Below are positions 39,106 through 53,592 of a DNA stretch of 64,000 nt, in pieces. Source of the DNA: Balanoglossus misakiensis. Its lineage: Eukaryota > Animalia > Hemichordata. The position numbers were made by a program, and so were the translations under genes. The notes below the pieces were generated by a model. That model was not told the origin of the DNA. It made no database searches and saw only the letters and a list, made by a program, of their open reading frames with translations. The DNA lies in NCBI GenBank assembly GCA_040954595.2, contig CM082595.2, positions 7,794,317-7,858,316 on the forward strand. Direction: 5' to 3'. Position 1 is the stretch's first letter. Every line of letters starts with the position of its first letter.

Positions 39106-42100
39106 CGTCTGTCTAAGTTAAAAATATTGCTATTGGCCCACACAGGTTCTTGCGTCGACATTTGTTGAGGCAGTATTTCAGTCCTGTCGGGGAAGCTGAA
39201 AGCGGTTGACTTTAAAACAAAAAAATATCAAAAGTTCAAATAACCCTAAGATGTAACGGCAAGGCATTCCACAACTTAGTCGTTTAACGGAAAAAACGCT
39301 CTGAAGCCATAACAAGCAGTGCGACCAACTGGTTGATGTAAATTGACTACAACATTTGAATGCGAGCGTAGATTGTGCCAGATCGGCCAAACATCTGACA
39401 TTTGTCGGGGCGGAACTGCAGTCCTGCCGAGGAAGCCGAGAGCGACTGTTCCAGTGTTTAAACATGCATTGCATATAACATATGGGAAAACTTTACGTCC
39501 GAGCACCCCCCCCCCCCCATTTGAAAACAAGTTATGGATGTCTGTTCCGAGCAGGAAATTGATGTTGGGAGTGATGTGTACTTTCAAAGTGCGGTAAAAT
39601 CCAATTATGGTAAAAACTACGAAGTGTTATCGACATTATTTTCAGGGTTACATGTGTCATTCTTTTATGTTTTAATAAGGATATAGACGTTTGTCCTGAG
39701 CCGAATGTTGATGTCAAGAGTGTTGGATTCTCGAAATATACACGGGATGGCCCCATCTAGCCACGCCATAGTTTTCAGAGCAGTTGTTTTTTGTTTGTTT
39801 TTTTTTTGTTTTTTGGGGGGGTGGCAAAGCTGGACATAGATTAACTTGAAAATTATCAACGTAAATTAATTAATTAAAAGGTCATGCACATGTGAGTGTC
39901 GAAATTTTAAACCACCCTGTAACCGCCTCAATGTTTTCAAGTTTTCTCCAATCAATACGTGTATAGGCAGTTTCAATGAGTTAGTTCGTCCGATCAAAAC
40001 GTTGATGATTTTAGCGATTCATTTAAATTTATGAGAGATATTAGATCCGTCATATTTCATAACTGTCCTCGGCGTTTTTATATCACGAATATGCTTGCTA
40101 AAAGTCCAGTGACACATATTTTTCTGGTTAGAGAATGACCAAGGGGGCCGTTAGACAGAGAAAATTGATACAACTCATTTCATAGAAATGATGGTGCACT
40201 GATACGGTAGATCAAAACTCAGTGTCAGTAATCGAGGTCAGTGCAGATAGATCATGGTAACTACCAGCACCTGTAGAGCAAAACGTCATTCGCTACAGCA
40301 CAACTACGAGTGAATAATTGTTGTAATTATTACAGTCTGGAAACGCGTGCGGCTTTGACCTGTCAGCTAGGGCAATAGTATTGCTGTCAAGTCATTTGCA
40401 TTTTTCAATTTTCATGGTATATACGAAGTAAGAGAGTTATCGGCGACACATTATCAATGATGCACTTTGATGGTTTGATTACCACGCACATGATAATTTG
40501 AAATACACAAAGTCTTGTATCAAAATCACAAGACTGCACTGATTGGAAGTCTAATTGGCGCCACGACATGCCATCGTCAAGTCTTTAAAGGGTCGTAAAC
40601 GTTATTGCCCTTGTCTTCATCATATGTTGGGACATACAAGTACTCGTGCCCAGGAATTGTTGAATGGTATATTAGCGTGTACATTTTGCGGTTCATAATA
40701 ACACACCGTGGAGGTCATATCAGCTACCAGCCCCTACTATAATACTTCAGCCATACTAAATTTAGGCACACACAATAATAAGTCTCATTTATATATGACA
40801 CTTAAGACAATCATATAATAGAAAACAATGTATAAAGAATAATAGATGAAAGAGGTGTGACACAGTTGAAAAAAGATATTTAACCAAGCAATTAAACATG
40901 ACATGATATGCCAAAACGTATATGAGCCAAGGATTTCAATTTCGCATCCCACTGTCACGAGGTATCAGACATCGTATTCAACGGATTATCAGAGTAAAGG
41001 GGACCTCAGCCTCAAACTAGACCTATTTTAGCAGTTATTTACGTACGTATAGCCTTGGGCCGATGTTAATGACGTGAACCCAATACAACAGCCATTGCTC
41101 ATATTAGTCGATATTCAAAATTGGATAATAGGGAGATTAAATTTCAAAAAGCGTGCAAACGGGTGTTCTAATAAATGATATATCATTTACATGGAGTCGG
41201 TCCAAACACAGACCAAATATAGTTTTTCTAACAGCTGCTTTTAGAGAATGGATACATATGGTATGAAGAGTTGAAAAGTCACATTGGCTACTTACATGTG
41301 CATATTCCACCACGGATTTGAGAAAAAAATCATTATTATAATAACCAATATTGGTTGTTGTCTCAGACATTCACGCAGATATTCGAATCTGAATTTAGCT
41401 TTCTCCAGACACACAGAGGCAGTAGGAGCAATTAATACATACGTTGATATTTGTCATTACAAATGTGTCCAATTACACGTCGCACGATGTGACTGAAAAT
41501 AAAATCGGGTTGGTTGGCTTAAAAATAAACGCATGCAGTAAACAGTACCAACGGGTAATTATATACATTCCCAACTCGTGAAGAATTATAATCACCTATT
41601 GCAACATTAGAAACATTTAAACTGGTTTTACCTGTATGCAAATCAACCAATGTAAAGGGTACTTCATTAAGGAGAAGGTCACCTTGCGATTTAGTGTCAA
41701 TCAACAATATATTTATGGAGAGCTGATGTATAATCCGACTTTGTCAAACCCTTTCACTTAGCTGCAATGCGATGGCGCCCATGTAAACCGGCTCTGTGTA
41801 TATGAGCCTAGCGCTCGAAGATGTCTGCATGGACTGGATAGGTTATGCATAAGTCTCTACGTCACTTCCGTCTATTTCCAGCGCCATCGCTCAACAAATA
41901 CATGTAAGTGAAGTGATTTTCACGTATTTAGTGAAAGAGTTTCCTCGAATTATTGTTTTGTCAAAAACAATATATTCAAATTGCCCTTCCTTTAACATAT
42001 AAAAAGCAAATTCGAAAGGAAAATCATGCATTACTATTATTGCAACATATTTTATCTTCTTAGAAAAAATATCCATGAGACCTTCAACTATAAGTACTAC

Positions 42101-45100
42101 AAACTTACAGTTTGAACAAACAGCAGTATTAAAACGGTTTGCCTTAATAAAATATTTTGAGTTTCTTTGAGCCAATACACAATACACTCTGCTTTCCAAT
42201 CTACGCAGATTCACCCATTATCTCAGTAGGAGGTGGCATATTCCATTTCTGATTAGGCTGTGCAACAAGACATCTTGACATGAAATCTGTCAGTGGTAGT
42301 TTAAATTAAACACTGACCAACATGTTGCACGTGCCGTTTTAATAGCTGTAAGGGTCTTTCTAAGGTTAATTGGATCCACATAATGCCAGGTACACAGCTA
42401 AAGTAAACATCTGAAAAGACCAAACCAAATCTTATATAGACGACTCCCATGATAAACAAAACTGAGTACTTTTATTCAGTATGTTCATCAGGACATTCAC
42501 ACAATGTCGTTTTGTTCCATTATTTGGGAGATATCACATGACGTCAGACGCGCTCAGGAACAGTTACGTTCGCATTCAAATTTCCAGATGACGGGCAACT
42601 TCACCAACGTGGACTTACGTGGTGCAGACACAGACTGTGCAGACGAAACCCCATGAGGCTGATGAGGCACCATACCTGATACATGTTAGGTGTTTGGTAG
42701 TTCTAAAGTAAAAACATACATGTACTCGGAAAAACTTTAACTGGGTGCCGAAATATTGCTTGCCCGTCATCTGGGTCACATGGCCAGATCACGTGATTGA
42801 TAGTAAAGAATTTGTGGGATAATGAACCTGCACTGTTTTTGTGCAGGCCTATTGTGGCTTGAACATACGGCATTGGATTCTGATTTTGTGACAATAAAGA
42901 CAAAATAACATCAGTAAAGCCAATTTATAAGTGCATGATCATCATTTCATAGTTTACCTAAAATGCCGCGATGCACTAGGAATGAATGCCAATGTAACAC
43001 ATTTCTGTCATTTCTGGCTGTGGCCTCAAGTACAATTTGATCTCCTTATGAATAAGAATATTTGCGTGCGAGTTTTCACATTGTACAATAATTTGCAATT
43101 GGTAAATATGAGATTGACGTAACTTTACCTGCTGTGAACCATTGCTAATGAATTGACACATGTATTTTTGTATACTTTAAGAATAACATTTCAATAATTT
43201 TCCGGATGTAGATTGTTTGACTAAGAACCGTCATATAAGACGTGAATCATTCTTCTAAGTATTAGGCCTTCAACCCATATGCCAATTACAAACAGGCTGC
43301 CACGGTCTCAGGTTTTATCGCAAGGTTTCTTTGAAATGTAGAACAGGGTGCGAATGTGATTTTAACAGCCGTATCGTAACGGGAGAGACATCATTATTGC
43401 TACTGAGGTAATGCTTCCCTCAAGGTCACAAGTCTGTACCGCACGACGAGGACCTTTATGCGAACATCTGCCCTATGCGATGAAAACACATCCACTTAGC
43501 ACGATCCATGTTATTTATGCTGCTTACCGCGGGGTTGTTGCCTCTTTGTCCGTTATCTTCCCCTTTAATCACATTAGATTGAATATATACAGGCAAGTCT
43601 ACAACTATGTGAGAGGGAAAGGGTGCCCCGTGTATTCAGAGGAAGAGATTATCCGCAGCAGCCAGGAATGTTGGACAAGTTTTTATTTTTCAGGTAATTC
43701 ACATGTTGAAACCAATGTCAAATATTTCACATGTGCTCTTTTCAGTACAGGTTAAGCATGGCAGAAACATTTAAACGAATGTAGAGAACGTAGGACAAGA
43801 AGATGTCATATATAGATGAAATAAATAATACCTAAAATATTCTCATTGGGTTGTTTCCAATTTTACGTTCGCAAGTGTAGTTACTGTTTCCCATTCGCAG
43901 CAGCCAATGTGATTGTGGTTAACATGCCGCTGCAATGAATCATACGAAACAGCAAGAATCGCGCATGAACATCTTGTATATTTACACTATAATTGGTATA
44001 CGTTAAACGTGACAACAATTGGTTCCTGATTGAGCAAGGTGCGTTTATTGTTGGAATTCGCCGAACATTGTAAGATTGGTACCGGTATGTATCGCGCACA
44101 GACACGTATTGAATGTATGTTACTTATGAAGGGTTCAGACTGGAAAGTTTACGGCGGTGCAGCACTGATGCTGGGCCTGAGCCAGCGTAAAATTACCCGT
44201 GTGGACACGCTGCGTCGGCCTAGGGGCGACTTATGTTGTCCCGGTAGGAATAGGGGTTCAGGGCCGACCAAGAATCTAAGCAGACGCAAATTCGCGTAGT
44301 TGCCGCCCTCTTCTGTGATAAGGAAGCGTGTAAAATGGCGGTTCGTGGGACTAACTGAAATACGGAGAAATCAAATCTGAGTCGGCCCAAATTCAGGCAC
44401 CAGTGAGAGCGGACATAGCCAAAATCTATTCCCGAAATGACAGTTACTTTATGTTGCCCTAAATTTCATTCAAATTGACGAATGTGAGCAACGTTTCCAA
44501 TTCAGACAAATTGGTCATTAGACGATATTGAAGCGCGTGGTCGACAAGTTACAGTAGCATAACGCGAATAGCGGAGACCAAGCAAACCATAAGACCTGAC
44601 GCTGCCTACTTCTACAGCTGATTGTAATCGGATAGCAGAATACTAGACTTGTCGGCCTTGCCAGACAATGTCACAGGCATCTCACTGTTGTTACCACTGT
44701 GACACGGTCATGTAAATTGCAGCTCAATATTGTGTCTCTGACCATGCAAGTCACCAATGTTTTGATTTCGCAAGCATTCGACAACGTACTACTTTGCCAG
44801 GAGCCTTGACTCCTTTAACGATATGTGCTACATACATACATGTATACACAGTGTTGAATAAAGGGCGCACAGGAAGCTATACATGGGTGGATGCAAATAA
44901 TTAAAACATATGTTTCTAGGCTTGGCTTTAAATCGAAACCAGTATCCGTTAACAAAATGATCTCAGTTGGAAGTAACTACAGTTAAGCTTACCTGGATAT
45001 TGAAACTTTAACAGTGACTACCCTAGACGCAGCTCTGTGGACAATCTACCCTGGAATGCGAACTTAGAAAGAAGAAATATACACAATTCTCTTCAATCAC

Positions 45101-45441
45101 TTCGATACTATTCAGATATGTTTCAATCAGCCACAGATGCGCCGAAATTTCGATATACATTGTATACTCTGATTTCAGGGTACCTAATTTACATGCATTT
45201 GCATGTAATAATTTCAAAATGTATCTGTCCGCTAGGATTTTTGTCCCGAGAAGTCGATATTCTCACTTGTCCAGGTTAATTCAGCATGATAAGAATTTAT
45301 TCTCATTCCGAAATTGAATAACACCCGATTAACTACTTTTTCTGTCGTATTTCACAGCATTGTCATTTCACAGAATTAGGTTACACGCGTTTCGAGTGGC
45401 GTGTACTGGATATGAAAAATGGGAGGCAATATATTACCCTC

Positions 45442-45600
45442 AAATTTAATATGTGATGTAGAAACGTTAATATGCGATTCAGAATCATTATGTGGTGCAG
45501 AAACGTTAAAATGCGATGCTATAAAGTCCATATAGGGTGCAAACACCGTTAATATGTGACGTAGAAACGTTAATATACGATGTAAATCAACGTTAATATG
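45442..45600. repeat. Degenerate ~21-bp minisatellite (GAAACGTTAATATGCGATGTA-like)
   Basis: About seven imperfect units containing cgttaatatg. Confidence 0.7.
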
Positions 45601-47689
45601 TTAAAAGCAAACCACTCCATGTTACGCGCAAACTTCATCATATGGTAGTGATAGTTCTATGATGTAGATGCGATAGGGTGGCGCTGTTGCTGTAACGTGA
45701 CCTCGTTTAAGGACTCGGCTGAAGTTGGCAGACATAATCCAGCATACAAAAGTCTGGCGTGGAACATAGAATTTTTGAGTTCAATTTAGAACACCACCCG
45801 TACGTGATATTTCCAGAAAATACCAGATGTGCTAATTGCCAACAATTAAATTAAGGTATTTTATACGGGTGGTGTTCTATAAAGACGTGGGCATATTTAG
45901 TTCATACCTGGTTATATTTGTCTTGCCCAGCAGGCTAAATATCCTTCAGACCGGACTTTGAATACTCGGGATCGACATTATACACTGACTTTGACAAAAG
46001 CATGATCAATTTGCGACTAACATAGATATATTCGCTATGCATTGATGGAAATCATATACGTAAGCTTAAACCCAACGGTTTTCTGGAAATCCAGGAGCTC
46101 TTGGAGGACGTCTTGCCAGTAGCCTGACTTTTTTCGCATTTGAAACCGCTTACCATAATGCGCTTTATATCGGCGACATTCCAGAATACGTATACTGCAA
46201 TTACGTATTCAACACAAAGTCACGAGGGTTTGCACTGAGCTTTTGAACAACACGGGTAATTGGACAAGGCGAACGAATACAAAGGAATCAATGGACCGGA
46301 TGCTTGGCACTATAAAAATCGGACGTTAGGTCGGTTTATAAATTGAGATAATATGCCGGGCAATTACAATTACAAAAGTCACATTAAAAATCATTTACCT
46401 GGATTCCTGCACAGGACAGCAGAAAAGCGCGTTCTGCAATCGCTATTCCGCTCAGGTAAGTGACTCTACAACCGGAATAAATGTGAATCTTATATACAAT
46501 TCAACGAGGCGACTGGAATAAAGTAGTCACTCCTTACATGTCTAATTTAAAACTGAAAGATAACCTACACACGCAAATGGGTTGTATACCTAGGGGTATG
46601 AAGTCATAGATGTTGGCAATGTTGTTGAATATTGGCGCTACCGTTTTTCGCGGCATTTTAATAAATGTATTACGATGCAGATGGTACTAGAATCGCTTAT
46701 GGGAGTACAATCATGCCCATGGTACAGTTATTTAAATTTAACACAACATTTGATCCGTTCAATTTTACTGCGTCACCGTGTTTCCCAACTCGACTTGATT
46801 TGAAGCCAAGCAGTAGTGTTTACTTAGTATGTCATTTGCTTATTTGATGGCAAAGCTCATAAAACAGGACATCTCCCCCTGCACTCATGGCCGAATGAAT
46901 CTCTCTAGAGACACTTGAATCTCGCTGAAGGCTCTTGAGACGAAGGGAGAGTCAAACATTCTTCTGTCGTTTCACAAAGTATCAACGGCGAGTGATGATA
47001 AGTCACAATTGACACTGAGCAGCTGTTTCCATTCATCAGTATATATGCTTTGGATTGGTAATGGCTTGTCTGTATATTTTACATTAGAAAGAGACGAGTT
47101 CTTTGTATTTAACCCTTTTTAGTCCGAGGGACGTCATGTATGTAATCCTCGTGAAACATCAATATCGATTTATTTATTTATGTTGCTAAGTCTGTTACTG
47201 AGATATCTGTATACACCGAGTCTGTCGTTTGCAAGAGTTTGGTATTAGCTTAATGGCGACGCCGCCACTGCTCTGGTAACACACACCTAAAATTGTAGTC
47301 CCATCTGCCTAAGACATAAATCTGTGCGTTTTCAAGGCATGATAAATTTCTTTACGAGTTTTGATTGAACCACAGAAAATATGTTTACTATATTTGGTCT
47401 GTAATTATTTAATTATATCTTGTACACTCATATAATTTGAGTTTACAACAACTGATAATTTTCTTGAACCTTGGAGCGAATTTAATGTGGAAACTCAATT
47501 AAATTAATACAAGATCGTCAAAACTAAAGCAAGGTGAATTTGTAGCCCCAAACACACCTTCACTGCAGACACACGCGGGCGCGAGTACAAACGCACTTTC
47601 ACACGTCACGCTCATCATATAATAATAATAAAATAAAGAATTATTTAGAAATAATAATTTATGTTTCAATATTGATCTCTTTCTCCGGT

Positions 47690-47890
47690 CAACTCACATA
47701 TGCAGCTATTTTATAAGCACAGTAGAGCTTACAGCTAAACACACACATTGCAATCTCTGCCCACCCAGGTTCCCATTACTCCTGGATGGGGAGAGGCAAT
47801 GAGAAGTAAAGTGCCTTGCCAAAGGACACAAGACCACAGCCATTCCGGGGCTCAAGCCCACAATCCCCCGATCACGAGTGCTGCTCTTGG
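47690..47890 (-). mobile_element. tRNA-derived SINE, same family as 4352-4590
   Basis: Core aagtgccttgccaaaggacac, B-box-like ccggggctcaagccc, and an (AAT)n-rich tail-like tract at about 47619-47660. Confidence 0.7.
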
Positions 47891-50003
47891 ATTCCTCCTC
47901 ACAGGTTTTAACGATTAATGACCCTAATGACCCTTTTACACGGGACCAGTATACATCTTAAAGGTAGCCATATTTATCCCACAGGAACAAACAGATATCC
48001 AGTTTCTCCACACACCCAAGGATCTACCTTGACACATAAGGCTATTTATTTAACGGCAAAGGTCACCGCAACCTTTTAAACTGCATAATAAACGCAAGGG
48101 AAATATATGGGTTTTCAGTGAGTTAGTTAGACCTTTAGCTTTCACAACGACCAAATTACGAAAATTCGGATTGCGAACCGTTTTAGATCTTGTTTTCTTC
48201 TGTAGGTAATCAATAAATTTGTAACCGTCTGGGTTTTTCAAGATTAAAATGCAGATATCTGTTGATAAATTCTCCTTAATCGCTTTCTGATTCTGTGAAA
48301 CAGTACCCCAAAACATGGCATAACTTTTCACATTCCCAGGCAGCCCGCATTTACATTATAGTGATCTTTACATTCCTAACACGGAACCTTCATTTGAGGA
48401 TCGTTTCCATGGAAACAAGGAGTACGCAGTTTCCATGCAAATAGGATGTGTTTTGAATCTGACCGGTTTAGGCAGGCTTTACCTCAAGTTGCTGTTTATG
48501 ATTGATTCCTTTGTCAAAGTCTGTCGGTTTGAAACTCGTTATTAGAGTGAAAACAGCCTTGGGTACGCATGGTCCACACTTTGGAGTTTATTTCGAGGGG
48601 TAGGATTTAAAAGCACCGCCGCTGCGTTTAACCAACACCCTGGAGGTTACTGATTAATAATTCACCAACTAATATTAACTTTGATTCAGGTGGTTTTTTG
48701 CCCATGAATAAACTGTGCTATCCATTCGAGAATATTTCTCTGTGATCGGAAGCATTTGTATATGAAGCATGTTTTCATTGGTATAAAAGACGCTAACATG
48801 TGCAAGCATCTGAATTTCGAGAAACAGTTATAATATACTAGCTCCTCAGGTACCATTTCTTGGGGCAGCATTTTTGATTGCGTTTTCCATGTCTGAGAAT
48901 GCAGGTGTAACTTATTAGTACAATGTATTACCTCTTACATTATTACCGCACAAATTATATTGAGTAATCTTTTCCCGACTGATGAAAAAAGACATAACAT
49001 GATATCTGGTAACAAGTCGAATCTTCATATCAGCCATCTAAACCTACACGACGGATTCAAACAATATGGTTCAGTTGTTATTATTAACAAAATAAGAGTA
49101 TTCCATAGCAACCCCTTGACGACGCATACCGCCATTGATTCGTCATAGGTGATCTATTAGTCTCTCTCTGACATATTTACTTGTATTTCAAATTAAACAA
49201 TGTTTTGAATCTTTGCAGATGAGCTACAGTCATGTTTTTTCCAAGTGTACCTACACCATAACAAATATTAAACACGCTTTCTGGTTTGAACAACGCAATC
49301 AAAACTGTCAAATATTTTCGACACAGCGTTCCGAAGGCAAGGTCGGGTCGTACAGAAACGTTTATGTCATTGCAAAATTTGCCACTAAAGTCTTTTGAAC
49401 CGTTATTTAAAGGAATCACTAGTTCTCGGTTGGTTGCGTAGAATTAATGAAATAAAATGCACTGCGATGGTTACTCCAGACGTTCATATACATGTATGCT
49501 TGGAGTGATTTATTTTCGTATTTCCATGACGTGTGACCTAAATGTCATATTGGTTGAATTAGATGTAACCCGCTTTCTCTGGCAGTAACGTGTATTCTGA
49601 CGATACACACTTCATCAGTCACTGGTTGATTGGCATATCTTATTCCTGTTGTATTGAAAGATCAGTCACTACAGGGCGAATATTATGCTCAGAAAATTTT
49701 AACTGGAGTGTCCAAAGATCATGACAACGATTATAGACAGACATGCATGTAATTGTATTTTATTTCATATTTACAGATTTATATTCATGTTATTGTAATT
49801 TATTATATTTTCGGTTGTTAACCGCCCTCTACGGGCGATGGGAATACATGAAATTGTGCCTAAGAGAGGGGGGGGGGGGGTGTCGCAGCATTCATCTGCC
49901 TCTGTTTAATTTCACCGCCAACTCAGTAGACAACGTTTGGGCTTTTGCTCAAGTTTTTTAACCCTCCCCCACCCCATCAACCTCCATTGCTTGGCAAAGC
50001 AAA

Positions 50004-50187
50004 ATACTGCAAACCAAGACATTTTCGCGCCGAGAAATGTTTGCTTTATCAACAGAGGTGACTATTTCGCGACAATTAATTTTCACGTGCTTTAATTTCA
50101 CTAACTGTATCGCTGTTCTTTAATTTTTACGCGACTATTTATTATTACGTTTTTCTGGCTCTCGCGAAAATTGTCCGGTTAACAGTT
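50004..50187. mobile_element. Degenerate MITE with TTTCGCG-type internal repeats
   Basis: Left tactgcaaaccaagacattttcgcg versus right cgcgaaaattgtccggttaacagt form imperfect inverted termini. Confidence 0.5.
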
Positions 50188-50629
50188 ATTTTCCCAGATG
50201 ACTCTAGCCTAGACGCAATTTACTTGTAAATGCTAATGTGGTCAGAGTCTCCGCAACATGAGTGAAATGCTGCAGGATCAAGGCAGATTTCAATAAACCA
50301 GAGTGTCTGAAATATTAGAGTAGAACCTACGCAATATTCGGATTTCAGTATAGAATGACAGATCCCCTCTGACTAACGTGAACCCTTATAGCTAGATTAA
50401 GAGAAATTGCAAACAGGATTTTAAGACTGAGTGTATCATTGTGCAATAAGTTTCCATGGTTTATTTAAGATTCGTAAATCTAACCAATTCACAGTTTAGA
50501 CATGATGGGAATAATTTAGTGCGTAAGGAACAAATAAGGACACCTTCAACATTACGTGATACATGTATTCTCTATGTCAAATTGGTACGATGTATAAAGA
50601 GAAGTTCCGCCATGAATTTCCAACTATAA

Positions 50630-50842
50630 GGCCAAAATAAAAAATATGTGATGTTCCGATTTCCCGATCTACCCTAATTTTAACCCGCCGACCCTAAACT
50701 TTTTAGAGCTTCGTAAACCCGGAAGTAAAAATAACGACCACAGAAATAAAAAAAATCGCAAAAACATCCCTACATGCCTACCTATAGCTACCTACCCTGT
50801 TTTTGAAAAACATGTAATCGGAACAGCACATATTTTTTGGCC
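50630..50842. mobile_element. PIF/Harbinger (Tourist-like) MITE
   Basis: TAA|GGCCAAAA...atatgtgatgttccgatt ... aatcggaacagcacatat...TTTTGGCC|TAA, giving a 3-bp TAA duplication. Confidence 0.85.
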
Positions 50843-51126
50843 TAAAGCAGTGATCTTTGCTTTGGGAAAAATTGAGAGGCGATGACAAATTGAAACTGTC
50901 AGGCAACAAAATGTTTGTGATTTCTACATGTCTCCTTTCGAACGAGCCTATGAAGTTCACGCTGAAGTGACCCTTGGCTTTAGTCGGTCAAATTTGCAAA
51001 CCTGACTTCTTAATAGACCTTTGTCAAAAGCAGCTGGCCAACATAATGACTGCGATACGATATTCATTCCTTGTCAGACAGTAAGTAGTGGTGAACTCTA
51101 CTTTGGATTATATGCACAGGCATTAA

Positions 51127-51367
51127 AGGGACAAAGTGTATCTTATATTGCCCTTTTTTCCATTAATTATGTTTGATTCATGACACTGTTCATGTATGTT
51201 AATGTACATGTGTATATGTAGGGAATCAACGTTCGACCTCACACAACTTCCATTCCGCTTGTAGACACGAGAGTAAAAATCTCGCCAAAATGAACAATCG
51301 GTCTCTACTGTTTATTCATTTTGGAGAGAGTTTTACTCTCATAATCTACAGACGAATGGAAGTTGTA
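51127..51367. mobile_element. Palindromic TTAA MITE, right-truncated copy
   Basis: ttaa|agggacaaag left end. Homology runs through the centre and stops at about gaatggaagttgt. Confidence 0.85.
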
Positions 51368-53511
51368 TCATAATTCTAACTTCAATAAACTTAATATGGC
51401 AATTCTTTGCATTATGGCTGACCAGCTACAAGTTTTCAGAATTATTAAACCATTACAAAAAAATAAACCCTTTGTTCCGGTTTGGCGATTCCGAAGTGAC
51501 CATTTTGTACAACCATTAGTAGTTTATTGAAGTACTGGGTTTGTATAGAGAACCTCACAAAATGACTTAAAGGACGTTTCCTCTACGGGAATCTCTGGCG
51601 GAAATGAATGTAATACGAATCACGGACATCGTTAACCGAATCGGAACAAGAGTCAGCAGAGCGGAATACCCTGATTTCAAGCAGTCTCTAAAAAGTATTC
51701 TGATTGGCTCTAATTTGAATGATTTTTTTGTAATAGTCTGCCTCCCAAGTTTCGTTCATCGCTTTGTTAGCTCCATTTTTTTCCAAGTAAATGACTATTT
51801 GTGGTGAGTGCAGTAGAAATTGGTACACTTACAATGTACTTGCGCTGCAATATTGAGGAATAGCTGCGAACATTCATAGTTCGGATGCGGGCGGTAGAAA
51901 GACTGAAGTGATAAAGAAAATTTAAGATCATTGTTATCGGAATTTCTTTCCGGTATAAATGCACCTATATCACGCTTCAGCAAGTAAGATGTTGTAACTT
52001 GTTAAACTAAATTACAATTATGTTTCCTCTGCGTGTCATGTTTTATCAGCAGATGAAGTTTTCACAAACAGACATTTAAATGGGTGAGATATTTTACTAA
52101 AAACGCAATTAGTTAATAGCACAACCTTTGTCAATTGCTACGTGCAAAATGAAGGAAGTAATTTTCTGTAAATACCCGTAAGTAATTTTACTCACGAGGT
52201 AATTCATAAACACCTCTTAAAAATTCGATACGCAGGATGAGTTACGTTCAATCTATTTTCCAGCATAATAGGAATAACTAGGGGATGCCATTTAGATATT
52301 GCAGCAGTAATAGCGCCCGGCAACATCACACAGTGATTGGGGCATTTCTTATAACTTATTCTGGTGAGTATTTCCCGCGGGACCTTCTGCCTTAGCGCAA
52401 GGCCGTGAGATCTTAACAGTAAAGCTCTAGTGTATTCCGCATACTCTGTCTGAGGTGATGTGCTTGAATTGCTTCGATGGGCCCATTATATCAGTACACA
52501 TGTATACTGTTACAGTACTTTTAGATATCTAATATTCTTGTGTGACTTATGTCTTAATATTGTGGATATTAAAAGTTAAGGTTATACGCAGACGTGACAA
52601 ATTCTTAGTTCATGTGCTCATGTGTTTCCCTTACGAGTTTGTACTATTTGCATTACCGTCAAAACAGTGCACACTGTTCACACCTACATTGCAAAAGATT
52701 TGGAGTACTGTTTTTTCTCTCATGCTGTTTTAATTATTTCTTGGACATTACCGACTTACAGCGTACATTACAACTAAGCCTTTCTTTATTTGATCAGTTG
52801 TCTAGTTTCCCTGCAAATAATGGGAATCCGAGAGACTTACACGGTCTATTCCCCAGTGTTTCCCTAACCGTATTACATTGACGGACATTACTTGTTTCGT
52901 TTACTCGGCATTATTCACTACGGGGTAGGCAAAATGCCTTTGATATCGGGTTCTTTACCTGGCTGTTACTTCTACGTCAATTAATCTATATATAGACGAG
53001 GAATTATTCCATCCAAACTCAATTAATTGTCCACCTTATATATTTGTTTATTATCTTGAGACTATGGGAATTAATTGGGTGCAGTTTGCAACGGATATTC
53101 TCCATGATAACATATGTTCAAATGTCGGATTGATGGGTTGTTGTTGTTGTTGTTTCTTTATTCCTCCTCAACTTATGATAAGAGTTACATCAACACTTTG
53201 AATTCAAAAAAAAGAAAAAATGATTGGTCACTCTGGATAATGCACAGAATTAATAAATAATCGTCTGATAGTATGCAATATTCAGTTCTCAATACACCTT
53301 TGTATAAACCTAATAAAACTTCTTGGGGGATTTCTTTGTGATCGACTCTTGGTAATTAAGGGTGTAAATATTGTCTCCTAAAACAGTAGCAATGAAATCC
53401 ACGTCATTTGAATTATAAAATGCCTTGGAAACCGTAACGTTCGATTATCGAAAAACTATAGTTGCAAAATAAGTCTCCTGATAAGTCGCCTGCCTTTGTT
53501 GATGACAACAT

Positions 53512-53592
53512 GGAGTGAGTGAGTGACTGAATGAGTGAGTGAGTGAGTGAGTGAGTGAGCGAGTGAATGAATGCGTGGCTAAGTGAGTGAAT
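53512..53592. repeat. (GAGT)n microsatellite
   Basis: Direct reading. Confidence 0.85.

Noticed and set aside
41519-41707. ORF with RHIM-like SNVAIGDYN peptide
   Set aside because: Short isolated match, with no supporting exons or domains in neighbouring frames.
42630-42672. GAAAC...CTGATGAG hammerhead-like boxes
   Set aside because: Only about 10 nt lie between the boxes, so stems I and III cannot form.
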